Of a DNA stretch of 32,474 nt, positions 10,592-20,190 are shown in pieces. The stretch spans positions 1 through 32,474 of the forward strand of contig JAGWTX010000001.1 in assembly GCA_028875955.1 (NCBI GenBank), given 5' to 3'. The DNA comes from Bacteroidota bacterium (GTDB taxonomy: Bacteria > Bacteroidota > Bacteroidia > Chitinophagales > Chitinophagaceae). The position numbers and the translations under genes were made by a program. The notes beneath the pieces are model-generated. The model did not search any database. It was not told where the DNA came from and saw only the letters and a list, made by a program, of their open reading frames with translations. The first letter of the stretch is position 1; every line of letters starts with the position of its first letter.

Positions 10592-10655
10592 GATGCCCGT
10601 ATCTTTTTAGCTTTTCTCCCCCGCTTCAATTACTTTTACGCAATAAGGAATTCCT

Positions 10656-11531
10656 ATGTTACATTCAATGACAGGTTACGGGAGGGCGGAACAGACATTG
10701 GCGGATAAAACCTATCTGGTTGAAGTGCGATCCCTGAACGGAAAACAGTTTGACCTCAGGCTAAACATCCCTGCATTGTTAAAACCCTTTGAGTTTGAGA
10801 TCAGAAACCTGCTGAATGAGGGGTTGCTCAGAGGGAGTGTGGAATGTTCGATTACCATTAAGCAAAACGGAGCCAGTAAACCCGTTTCCATCAATACGGA
10901 TCTGGCCAAAGCCTATTTTGAACCGGTGGCTCAGCTGGCAGAGGAATTAAAGCTGCAGACCGGCGATATCCTGAGCACCATACTGAAGCTGCCGGATGTG
11001 ATCACCCCTTCCACAGAAATGCTATCAGATGAAGAGTGGAACGGATTTGTAAAAGTTCTCAAAGAAGCCATCTTCCAGTTAAACAAACACCGGATGGATG
11101 AAGGACGATCCATTGAAACGGACCTGTTGCTTCGTATTACCAATATCGAGTCCTTCCAGCATCAGATTGCCGAGCTTGAACCAATGCGCAGAAATAAGAT
11201 CAAGGAAGGTTTGGTAAAAGTGCTGGAGGAAAATGTGGGTAAGGAGAATTATGATGCCAACCGGCTGGAACAGGAGCTTATCTACTATATTGAAAAAATC
11301 GATATCAGTGAAGAACAGGTGCGGCTCAGGAATCACTGCGATTATTTCAGGTCTGTGCTGGAGGAAAAAGAACCCGGAAAAGGCAAGAAGCTCTCCTTTA
11401 TCTTACAGGAATTTGGCAGGGAAATCAATACCACCGGTTCCAAAGCATACGACTCCGCCATCCAGAAATGCGTGATCCTGATGAAGGATGAACTGGAGAA
11501 AGCCAAGGAGCAGATCCTGAACGTATTATGA
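10656..11531 (+). CDS. yicC: YicC/YloC family endoribonuclease
   Basis: SMTGYGR, EVRSLNGK, DISEEQVRL, GKKLSFILQEFGREINTTGSK, KEQILN. Confidence 0.92.
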   Translation: MLHSMTGYGRAEQTLADKTYLVEVRSLNGKQFDLRLNIPALLKPFEFEIRNLLNEGLLRGSVECSITIKQNGASKPVSINTDLAKAYFEPVAQLAEELKLQTGDILSTILKLPDVITPSTEMLSDEEWNGFVKVLKEAIFQLNKHRMDEGRSIETDLLLRITNIESFQHQIAELEPMRRNKIKEGLVKVLEENVGKENYDANRLEQELIYYIEKIDISEEQVRLRNHCDYFRSVLEEKEPGKGKKLSFILQEFGREINTTGSKAYDSAIQKCVILMKDELEKAKEQILNVL

Positions 11532-11602
11532 TGGCTTTGGCAAACACAAGGCCGACGAGCGAAAACCAAATGCCTTCTCTATCTTTGCACAAATTCTACT
11601 TT

Positions 11603-12067
11603 GTGAAAAAATGGATTGCCTTTCTTAGTCTGGCTGTCATTGCCGGCAGCTGCAATACCCTGGATGTTTATGAGAAATCCGTCGTGTTTCCGAAACATGA
11701 ATGGGCTGACAGCAATAAACCCGTTTTTACCTTTGCGATCGAGGATACAACTGCCCGTTATAATATATTCATCCTGCTCAGACACGAAGATGCCTATCAC
11801 TTTAACAATATCTGGCTCAAGGTAACTACCCAGGCACCCGGTGACACTGCCCAAACGCAATTGGTTGATGTGACACTCGCCGATAATAAGAAAGGATGGC
11901 TGGGAACCGGAATGGATGATGTATTTGACCATCGGGCGAAAGTTACCCGCGAGCCTGTTAAACTGAAAAAGGGTAATTATACATTTATCCTTCAGCAGCA
12001 AATGCGGGAAGAACCGCTTCAGTTTGTGCTGAATGCCGGTATCCGTGTAGAAAAAGTAAAATCATGA
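11603..12067 (+). CDS. gldH: Gliding motility lipoprotein GldH
   Basis: GTG start after a TATCTTTG promoter motif; lipobox AGSC; LRH..YHFNNIWL, GWLGTG, QQQMREEPL...GIRVEK. Confidence 0.85.
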   Translation: MKKWIAFLSLAVIAGSCNTLDVYEKSVVFPKHEWADSNKPVFTFAIEDTTARYNIFILLRHEDAYHFNNIWLKVTTQAPGDTAQTQLVDVTLADNKKGWLGTGMDDVFDHRAKVTREPVKLKKGNYTFILQQQMREEPLQFVLNAGIRVEKVKS

Positions 12068-13044
12068 GATCTGGCTTTGTAAAGTCGAAACTGTTTGTCG
12101 TATCCCTGGTGTATTGGATATTACTCACCTATATGGTGGCTGCCTTACTCTGGTGGTTCATTGCATTGGAGAATCAAAATCTGGAGATCACCCATATCCG
12201 GCTCAATGAATTAAAACACGACGACCCTGCCTATTTTTCAGATACCCAGGCAATAGAAGAAGCCAGGAAAAGAAAAACCGCCCAGTATATCGGTGAAGGA
12301 TCCACCTTTCTTGCATTGATCCTGTTGGGGGCCGTTTTTGTTTACCGGGCAACCCGAAAGCAGTTACGGCTTTCTCAGCAGCAGCAGAACTTCATGATGG
12401 CCATCACCCATGAATTGAAAACACCCATTGCCATCACCCAGTTGAACCTCGAAACCCTCCAAAAAAGAAAACTGGAAGAGGAGAAACAACAGAAACTGAT
12501 CACCAACACATTACAGGAAGCGAACCGGTTGAATACGCTTTGTAACAATATTCTGTTTGCTTCCCAGCTCGAAGCCGGGGCCTATCAGTCTGAAAAAGTG
12601 GAAATAAACCTGACAGATCTGATAGAAGGTTGTGTGGACGATTGTAATAACCGCTTTCCGCAGCGCGTTATCATTGAACAGATCAGGGAAGGTGTATACC
12701 TGACCGGGGAAGCGCTTTTATTACAGATGCTGGTGAATAACCTGCTGGAAAACGCGATCAAATATTCTCCCCCGGATACGCCGGTTACCATCTCACTTGC
12801 GGAAGAGAATAATAGGATACGACTGACCGTCTCGGATCAGGGATCGGGTATTTCCGATGGGGAGAAAAAGAAGATATTCGAAAAGTTTTACCGGAGCGGG
12901 AATGAGAACACCCGAAAATCAAAGGGCACAGGACTGGGGTTATATCTTTGTCAGAGAATCATGAAAAGCCATAAGGGTTCGATCATGGTTTCAGATAATA
13001 TACCCAGGGGAAGCAGTTTTATTGCGTCATTTCCTAAAGAATAA
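12064..13044 (+). CDS. Membrane sensor histidine kinase
   Basis: Two TM helices, H-box ITHELKTP, NLLENAIKYS, DQGSGI, GTGLGL. Confidence 0.93.
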   Translation: MRSGFVKSKLFVVSLVYWILLTYMVAALLWWFIALENQNLEITHIRLNELKHDDPAYFSDTQAIEEARKRKTAQYIGEGSTFLALILLGAVFVYRATRKQLRLSQQQQNFMMAITHELKTPIAITQLNLETLQKRKLEEEKQQKLITNTLQEANRLNTLCNNILFASQLEAGAYQSEKVEINLTDLIEGCVDDCNNRFPQRVIIEQIREGVYLTGEALLLQMLVNNLLENAIKYSPPDTPVTISLAEENNRIRLTVSDQGSGISDGEKKKIFEKFYRSGNENTRKSKGTGLGLYLCQRIMKSHKGSIMVSDNIPRGSSFIASFPKE

Positions 13045-13051
13045 AACAATT

Positions 13052-13753
13052 ATGGCAACGATATTATTGGTAGAAGACGAAGAAAACCTGCACGAGGCAT
13101 TAAAGCTCAATCTGGAAATGGAGGGTTATGAAGTCGTATCTGCATTCAATGGAACGGATGCATTAAAAAAAATAAGCAATGAGTTCTTCGACCTGATTGT
13201 GATGGATATCATGATCCCGGAAATTGACGGAATCAGTATAACTGAAACGGTCAGGGTGAATAATAACGATGTGCCCATCCTGATCCTTAGTGCCAAAAAC
13301 AGCGGCTCTGACAGGGTATTGGGTTTAAAAAAAGGGGCGGATGACTATCTCACCAAACCGTTTAATCTGGAAGAGCTTCTCATCAGGGTGGATAAGCTGA
13401 TCGACAAGAGTAAGAAGATGCAAATCAGGGAAAACCTCGGAAGCAGTTATCATTTCGGTCATAACCAGATAGATTTTAAAGCACAGGATGCGATCACCTG
13501 GAATGGACAGCATATCGAACTCAGCAAGAAAGAAGCCATGCTCTTGAAATTGCTGATCGAGAACAAAGGGGAAGTGGTGACCCGCGAAAAAATTTTGCAG
13601 GTGGTTTGGGGCTATAACGTGTATCCCACAACCCGGACCATTGATAATTTCATTCTCAATTTCCGGAAATATTTTGAGGAGGATTCCAGGAATCCGCAAT
13701 ATTTCCAATCGGTAAGGGGTGTGGGATACAAGTTTTCTGATAGCGCGTCTTAG
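13052..13753 (+). CDS. OmpR-family response regulator
   Basis: ILLVEDE, DIMIP phosphoacceptor, GADDYLTKPF, wHTH with VRGVGY. Confidence 0.93.
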   Translation: MATILLVEDEENLHEALKLNLEMEGYEVVSAFNGTDALKKISNEFFDLIVMDIMIPEIDGISITETVRVNNNDVPILILSAKNSGSDRVLGLKKGADDYLTKPFNLEELLIRVDKLIDKSKKMQIRENLGSSYHFGHNQIDFKAQDAITWNGQHIELSKKEAMLLKLLIENKGEVVTREKILQVVWGYNVYPTTRTIDNFILNFRKYFEEDSRNPQYFQSVRGVGYKFSDSAS

Positions 13754-13754
13754 A

Positions 13755-15719
13755 TTAAGAAATCCTTTCCAGATCATCGATCTGTACCCTTTGATAAATC
13801 AGCGGGATATGCTCCTTTAAAACATCACATTTATCCAACCCGAATGCCTTTTCCACGCTCAACCCCATTCTTCGCAGGATAAAATAACCCCTCAATAAAA
13901 GGCTGTTAAAAATATTATTCTCATTTTCAACTGAAAGGAATTTTTCTATCACAACAAAAGTGAAGTCGGGTTCGGCGTGATAGCGTGAAATATTGTCTTC
14001 TGGGCCAGGAGGCTGTATTTCATGCTGACTGATAAGGTCCTGTATGATTTTTTTGCAATACAATTCAGTTTTTGGCTGTATTCGGAAACCGATATGTAAA
14101 GTGATTTTAAATACCTTATTCTCTGATAGTTCTGATACATCATAGCGCAAGGTATAGGGTTCTTCGGTTCTGTTGATATGTACAAACCAATAGACATCTG
14201 CCCGTTTGGGCTTTCTTGCGAAAATGGATTTGATGATCTTTTCTTCAATCTGGGACCGCCCCTCGGCCTTGGAAAGGTAAATCAAATGATTGGCAAACCT
14301 GGGTATGAAGCGATCATTGCTCAAATCGACAAGGGTAGGGATGTATTTGCCGATATCTGTAAAGGATACCAGTCGGTTATTGATTCTTCTGGCATAATAC
14401 CAGATATACATCGTGGTAAAAATAAAAAGTTCGAAAAAAAGAAACATCCATCTTTCCTTGATCTTGGCCACATTGGCTATGAAAAAGGAAATTTCAATGA
14501 CGGCAAACAAACCGATGATACCTGCCACCAGCCACCGGTTCCATTTGAGCCGGAATAATAAATAATAGTTCAACAGATAGGTTGTCATCATCATGGCAAT
14601 CGTGATAGAAAATCCATAGGCGGCTTCCATGGCTGAAGAGCTTTTAAAATAGAGTACCATCAAAATACAGCCAAACCAGAGGATATTGTTCACACTGGGA
14701 ATATATATCTGCCCTTTTAATTCACTGGGTTGTCTGACAGTTACCCTTGGCCAAAAATTCAGGTTCATGGCTTCACATATCAAAGTAAAGGAACCACTGA
14801 TGAGTGCTTGCGATGCAATGATGGTGGCCAGGGTGGCAATCAGGACACTCGGAATCAGAAACCAGCCAGGCAGCATTTGGAAAAAGGGGTTGACCCCGTT
14901 TAATTCCCTAAGCTGGCTATGCATAATCCAGGCTGCCTGACCAAAATAATTTGTCAGCAAACTGATTTTTACAAAAAACCAGGTTATGCGGATATTTTTT
15001 ATGCCGCAATGTCCCAGATCACTATACAGGGCTTCTGCCCCCGTTGTGCATAAGAATACAGCGCCCAGCAGCCAGAAACCTTTTCGATAATGTACCAGAA
15101 GGTCATATCCATATTTGGGATTGATGGCTTTTAATACGTCCGGATGTTGACCAATCTGGAATCCGCCCGAAATAAGTAACATCAAAAACCAGACAGTCAT
15201 TATCGGTCCGAATGCTTTTCCAATTGATTGCGTTCCAAATCGCTGAAAGAAAAACAACAGGGAAATAATGCCAATGATGATGCTGATCGTGAGATTGTTG
15301 CCGGGTACAATTGTGTTTGACAAACTGCTGACCGAGTTTAGCCCTTCAATGGCGGATGATACAGAGATGGGAGGGGTTATGATGCCATCTGCCAGCAAAG
15401 TGGTAGCTCCCAGAATTGTCGGGATTACCAGATAGCGGCTATATCTCCGCACCAGCGCAAACAAAGAAAAAACGCCCCCCTCTCCCTGATTGTCCGCCTG
15501 TAATGTCAGCAGGATATACTTAATGGAGGTTTGAAAGAACAGTGTCCAGAATACCAGGGAAACCCCTCCATACACCAGAACCGGATCGATGGGTTTTTCA
15601 CCTACGATGGCTTTCAGTACATATAAAGGACTTGTGCCGATATCCCCGTAAATGATACCCAATGCTACCAGCAATGAGGCAATAGTTACCCTGTTCAAAT
15701 GGAAGTCATTTGATTTCAT
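13755..15719 (-). CDS. kup: KUP/HAK/KT potassium transporter
   Basis: ALGIIYGDIGTSPLY, GEGG, TTGAEALYSDLGH, GQIYIP, AAYG. Confidence 0.95.
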   Translation of the reverse strand: MKSNDFHLNRVTIASLLVALGIIYGDIGTSPLYVLKAIVGEKPIDPVLVYGGVSLVFWTLFFQTSIKYILLTLQADNQGEGGVFSLFALVRRYSRYLVIPTILGATTLLADGIITPPISVSSAIEGLNSVSSLSNTIVPGNNLTISIIIGIISLLFFFQRFGTQSIGKAFGPIMTVWFLMLLISGGFQIGQHPDVLKAINPKYGYDLLVHYRKGFWLLGAVFLCTTGAEALYSDLGHCGIKNIRITWFFVKISLLTNYFGQAAWIMHSQLRELNGVNPFFQMLPGWFLIPSVLIATLATIIASQALISGSFTLICEAMNLNFWPRVTVRQPSELKGQIYIPSVNNILWFGCILMVLYFKSSSAMEAAYGFSITIAMMMTTYLLNYYLLFRLKWNRWLVAGIIGLFAVIEISFFIANVAKIKERWMFLFFELFIFTTMYIWYYARRINNRLVSFTDIGKYIPTLVDLSNDRFIPRFANHLIYLSKAEGRSQIEEKIIKSIFARKPKRADVYWFVHINRTEEPYTLRYDVSELSENKVFKITLHIGFRIQPKTELYCKKIIQDLISQHEIQPPGPEDNISRYHAEPDFTFVVIEKFLSVENENNIFNSLLLRGYFILRRMGLSVEKAFGLDKCDVLKEHIPLIYQRVQIDDLERIS

Positions 15720-15747
15720 GTTGTGTTATTAAAATGTGATGGTTTAA

Positions 15748-16437
15748 TTATTCATTTCCAACAAAACGATAACCGACACCTGATTCTGTCAGGATATAGG
15801 CCGGATGATTGGGGTCATCTTCGATTTTTTTTCTGAGTTGAGCGATAAAAACACGTAAATACTGGGACTGATTAATATACCCGGGGCCCCAGACTTCTTT
15901 TAATAAATGATGATGTGTTAAAACCTTTCCTTCGTTTTTTATCAATAGGGAAAACAGCGTGTATTCCGTTGAAGTTAGTTTTAAGACGAGGTTATTCTTT
16001 TTTACAGTCCTAGCTGAAAAGTCAATGGAAATTTCTCCTGCAGTCAGGGTCGAGGTAAGCTGTTCGTTTAATTTGCCCCGTAAGGCAGACCGGATTCTGG
16101 CCAGAAGCTCGCCGGTACGGAATGGCTTAACCAGATAGTCATTTGCCCCGTTATCCAATGCTTTGATGATATCCTCTTCACTTTGTATCACCGATAGAAT
16201 GATGACAGGTCCGGTATACCATTCTCTAAGCTTTTGCAATACCTCATGTCCGCTTTCATCCGGCAAACCCAGATCCAGCAGGATCAGATCGGGCGGATGG
16301 TTTGCAGACAGGATAAGCCCCTCCCTGGCAGTCATCGCCTGGATTACTTCATAATCATTACTCTCCAGCGTAATTGCCAGAAGTTTTCTGATCTGTATCT
16401 CATCATCTATCACAAGTATGGATGTCCGGTTACTCAT
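15748..16437 (-). CDS. kdpE: KdpE-like response regulator
   Basis: ILLDLGLPD, ALDNGANDYLVKPF, QYLRVFIAQLRKKIEDDP, TESGVGYR. Confidence 0.85.
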   Translation of the reverse strand: MSNRTSILVIDDEIQIRKLLAITLESNDYEVIQAMTAREGLILSANHPPDLILLDLGLPDESGHEVLQKLREWYTGPVIILSVIQSEEDIIKALDNGANDYLVKPFRTGELLARIRSALRGKLNEQLTSTLTAGEISIDFSARTVKKNNLVLKLTSTEYTLFSLLIKNEGKVLTHHHLLKEVWGPGYINQSQYLRVFIAQLRKKIEDDPNHPAYILTESGVGYRFVGNE

Positions 16438-17512
16438 TTTTCAGATTTTTCAGATAGGAAGATTCTCCGGGAATTTGAATGGTAAACCTGGCTCCGCCGG
16501 TAGATCTGTTTTCAAGCATGACTTTACCAGACAGTGCTTCCGCAAACCCCTTTACGATGGATAAGCCAAGACCTGTTCCACCTGTTTTGGATTGCTGCAA
16601 CCGATAAAACTTATTAAACACCAATAAGATTTCGTCATCAGGGAATCCTTCTCCATTGTCTTCAATGGTTATTTCCAGTATGTCAGTATAACATTTTGCA
16701 TAGATGTCGATCGCCGTATCGGATGCTGTATGTACAATTGCATTTTGCAGAATGTTGTACAGGATTTGTTCCAGCATTCCTTTGTCGGTTTTGAATAAGG
16801 GGAATGACTGCTCTATATTGATGGTGATTTTTTGGGTAATATCGCTTTCTTCAATCACGTCAATCATATGGTACACGATTTCATTGATATCACACCAGTC
16901 TTTTTTGGGTTGGATGATTCCGGTTTCCAACCGCGACATGCTTAATAAATTTTCTACCTGCTGATTCAGCCTGAAAGAGGCTTTGGATATTTCAGCGATC
17001 AGTTCATTTCTTTGGGAAATGCTGAGTTTTTGGTCCTGATTCTGCAAATTATCGGTAGCCCCAATGATGGTTGCTATGGGTGTGCGTAATTCATGAGAAA
17101 GGGAGTTGAATAATGTATTATAGAGTTTTACCGTATTCGCCTTCTCTTCCTTTTGCCTGGCTATTTTTTCAATCTGCCGGATCTTATAAGTCAATACGCC
17201 ACTTACGATCGCTATGACAAAATAAGTTAGCAGCAGGATAGTGTCATCCGCCGTTCCTACCTGGAATGTATAAAAGGGGGGTATAAAAAAGAAATCCCAG
17301 ATCAGGGCACTGATACTGGCAGCGTATAAAACAGGCAATATGTCAAAAACTGCAGCAATCAGTGAAACGTTGACCAGTAAAATAAAGCCGACAATTTTAT
17401 AATCAACCGCACCTCCCAGTAATTTACAAATACCGGAGGTGAAACAAATAAGCAAAGTGCCCAAAAACAGCTGTTTCCCTTTGCTAAGCCTGTTGATGTA
17501 TAAATTTATCAT
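16430..17512 (-). CDS. Short KdpD-like sensor kinase (4-TM region, HisKA, HATPase)
   Basis: WDFFFIPP..TF KdpD membrane motif, SLSHELRTP, NLLSMSRLE, GTGLGL; lacks the N-terminal KdpD/Usp and GAF regions. Confidence 0.85.
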   Translation of the reverse strand: MINLYINRLSKGKQLFLGTLLICFTSGICKLLGGAVDYKIVGFILLVNVSLIAAVFDILPVLYAASISALIWDFFFIPPFYTFQVGTADDTILLLTYFVIAIVSGVLTYKIRQIEKIARQKEEKANTVKLYNTLFNSLSHELRTPIATIIGATDNLQNQDQKLSISQRNELIAEISKASFRLNQQVENLLSMSRLETGIIQPKKDWCDINEIVYHMIDVIEESDITQKITINIEQSFPLFKTDKGMLEQILYNILQNAIVHTASDTAIDIYAKCYTDILEITIEDNGEGFPDDEILLVFNKFYRLQQSKTGGTGLGLSIVKGFAEALSGKVMLENRSTGGARFTIQIPGESSYLKNLKNE

Positions 17513-17528
17513 TGTGAAATGTACACTG

Positions 17529-17595
17529 CAAAATTAGACGGGTTCTTATAAGGCGGGTATAAAAATCTATCGGAATAGCATAAAGATTTTATAAA
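17529..17595 (-). promoter_or_regulatory. Promoter with KdpE-like direct-repeat boxes
   Basis: -7 motif TAATTTTG (17529-17536, minus); TTTATA-like half sites at 17547/17558 and 17579/17590, each pair 11 bp apart. Confidence 0.65.
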
Positions 17596-17696
17596 GATCC
17601 CCCCCGGTCAGCCATTTTAAACACAAAACAGCTTTTGATCCTGTCAGATACAATAATCCCTCAGGTAAAACGTTCCTATTGGCAAATAACAGCTTC

Positions 17697-18830
17697 ATGT
17701 CTTTAGCAACGATTACAGATTTTCTCGACCCGGTTAATATCGCCTTTTTATCCAATGATGAAGGGTTTAAGGATACACAGTTAGGCAGACATATCGCCGT
17801 ATATGAAGAAAGCCTGCCCGATCTTACCGATATAGACATGGTGCTCATTGGCTGTGGTGAAATGAGGGGGGCTGGTGTTCAATATACCGGCACCGGATCA
17901 CCCGATGCCATCCGTACGGAGTTCTACCGGTTGTTTCACTGGCATACGGATGTGAAAGTGGCAGACTTTGGAAATATAAAAGTCGGGGCATCATTGCAGG
18001 ACAGTTATGCGGCTTTGCGTACGGTTATTCAGGAACTGGTTCAACTCGGAAAAAAAGTGGTGATCATTGGCGGTTCACATGACAATACACTGGCACAATA
18101 CCAGGCTTACGGATCATTAAACAAAATCATTGAAGCCGCCTGTATCGATGCAAGGATTGACCTGGATATGGATAGTGTGCTTCCGGCTGACCAGTTTCTG
18201 GTGGAAATGTTTACCGGAGTACCCAATCATTTAAAACAGTATACGCATATCGGTTTCCAAAGTTATTTTATGCACCCGCAGATGCTGGAAACCATCGATA
18301 AACTGGGATTCGATTGTTTTCGGGTTGGCAAGGTAAAAGAAGCCATTGATGAAATGGAACCTCCCATCCGCAATAGCGAAATGGTGAGTTTTGACCTGGC
18401 TGCCATTGAATATGCCCATGCGCCGGCAAACCACCTGACACCCAACGGGTTTAATGGAGAAGAAGCCTGCACACTGATGCAATATGCCGGCATGAGTAAG
18501 CTATGCAGCAGTATCGGTATCTATGGCTATATTCCCGAACAGGACCAGCATTCCCTAACCGCAAAACAAATTTCCCACATGCTCTGGTATGTCATGGATG
18601 GGATCTATAAAAGCAAACAGGAAGCCCCATTGGAAAACCGGTCTGAATTTGACGAATTTACCCTGGCATTTGCCGAAGTGGAAACGGCATTTCTGAGAAG
18701 CAAAAGAACCGGAAGATGGTGGATGCAGTTACACGATGGTAAATATGCTGCCTGCAGTTACCGGGATTACCTCATCGCCAGCAGCAATGAAATCCCTGAA
18801 AGATGGATGCGCGCCGTGGAAAGAAGCTAG
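17697..18830 (+). CDS. Arginase/formimidoylglutamase-family protein with degenerate metal site
   Basis: DFGN, IIGGSHD, IDARID, SFDL, PNGFNGEEAC, plus a C-terminal extension with RWWM. Confidence 0.8.
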   Translation: MSLATITDFLDPVNIAFLSNDEGFKDTQLGRHIAVYEESLPDLTDIDMVLIGCGEMRGAGVQYTGTGSPDAIRTEFYRLFHWHTDVKVADFGNIKVGASLQDSYAALRTVIQELVQLGKKVVIIGGSHDNTLAQYQAYGSLNKIIEAACIDARIDLDMDSVLPADQFLVEMFTGVPNHLKQYTHIGFQSYFMHPQMLETIDKLGFDCFRVGKVKEAIDEMEPPIRNSEMVSFDLAAIEYAHAPANHLTPNGFNGEEACTLMQYAGMSKLCSSIGIYGYIPEQDQHSLTAKQISHMLWYVMDGIYKSKQEAPLENRSEFDEFTLAFAEVETAFLRSKRTGRWWMQLHDGKYAACSYRDYLIASSNEIPERWMRAVERS

Positions 18831-18878
18831 CTATTTCATTAAGTTTGCAAGGAATCCAGACCAATCCGCTAAGCATTT

Positions 18879-20186
18879 ATGAAAATCCTTTCCTGTATTG
18901 TTTGCCTGTCCACTTTCCTGGTCCTGTTTTCATCCTGCAGCCCCGGGAAAAAAATAAGCAGGGAAGCAAAGACAGCCATTTTTACCAATACGGATTTTGC
19001 ACCGGCACATATCGGTATCGCTATCTATGATTCCGAAACATCCGCTTACCTGTATAATTACCAGGGCGACAAATATTTCATCCCTGCCAGCAATACCAAG
19101 CTTTTTACCTGTTATGAAGCGATGAAACACCTGGGGGATAGTCTGGTGGGACTTCGCTATGTTGATAAGGGAAACGGAACGGTAGAAGCGGAAGGAAACG
19201 GGGACCCCAGTTTTCTGTTAGCGGAATTCCCAAACCAACCGGTTCTGGAATTTTTGAAAAAACAAAAAAAGGTCCTGCTTACCGACCAGAACTGGAAAGA
19301 ACGCGCATTGGGTGCCGGCTGGGCCTGGGATGATTACCAGAGCGATTATATGGCCGAACGGTCCTTTCTGCCGGTTTATGGAAACCTGGCCCGTTTTTCT
19401 GCCGCACCGGGTTTTACGGTCAGTCCGGGATATTTTCAGCCATCCTTGCTAAAGGCAATCACAGGAAAGAACCTTGCCTTCCAGATTGAGAGAGCTTATG
19501 GAAGCGATTCCTTTTTTGTAATCCCCTCTTCCCGGAAATTTACAAAAGCCACTATACCGTTTTATACAGGGAATAGCCAGGCTTTGATACAAATGCTAAA
19601 AGACACCCTGAAAACAGAGGTCTCCCTGGTTCATTTCAGGATCGACCGTCTTCCGGATGTGATCAAAATCCATACACAACCCACCGATTCATTACTCAGG
19701 ATCATGATGCACAGAAGCGATAATTTCTTTGCGGAACAAACCCTTTTGATGATCAGTAATGACATGCTGGGTTATATGAACGATAGGGCGATTATCGATA
19801 CACTTTTAAAAACGGATCTCAAAAACCTGCCCCAAAAACCAAAATGGGTGGATGGAAGCGGGTTAAGCCGGTACAATCTTTTTTCGCCACAGGATTTTGT
19901 ATGGGTGCTGAATCAGATGAAACAATCTTTTGCCTGGAACCGGATCACCCATCTTTTGGCAACAGGCGGGAGTGGAACACTGGGCGCCAATTATCAGCAG
20001 TATGCGAACAGGATCTTTGCCAAAACGGGAACGCTCAGCAATCATGTGGCATTGAGTGGATATCTCATCACCAGAAAGGGAAGACATTTGATCTTTTCAG
20101 TGCTTGTCAATGCCCATCAGACCAGTGCAGCAAACATCAGAAAAGGGGTGGAGCAATTCCTGACTGGCATCATGGATAAGTTGTAG
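18879..20186 (+). CDS. dacB: D-Ala-D-Ala carboxypeptidase/endopeptidase (PBP4, peptidase S13), lipoprotein
   Basis: PASNTK (SxxK), SDN, DGSGLSRYN, KTGT; lipobox FSSC. Confidence 0.92.
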   Translation: MKILSCIVCLSTFLVLFSSCSPGKKISREAKTAIFTNTDFAPAHIGIAIYDSETSAYLYNYQGDKYFIPASNTKLFTCYEAMKHLGDSLVGLRYVDKGNGTVEAEGNGDPSFLLAEFPNQPVLEFLKKQKKVLLTDQNWKERALGAGWAWDDYQSDYMAERSFLPVYGNLARFSAAPGFTVSPGYFQPSLLKAITGKNLAFQIERAYGSDSFFVIPSSRKFTKATIPFYTGNSQALIQMLKDTLKTEVSLVHFRIDRLPDVIKIHTQPTDSLLRIMMHRSDNFFAEQTLLMISNDMLGYMNDRAIIDTLLKTDLKNLPQKPKWVDGSGLSRYNLFSPQDFVWVLNQMKQSFAWNRITHLLATGGSGTLGANYQQYANRIFAKTGTLSNHVALSGYLITRKGRHLIFSVLVNAHQTSAANIRKGVEQFLTGIMDKL

Positions 20187-20190
20187 GTCC

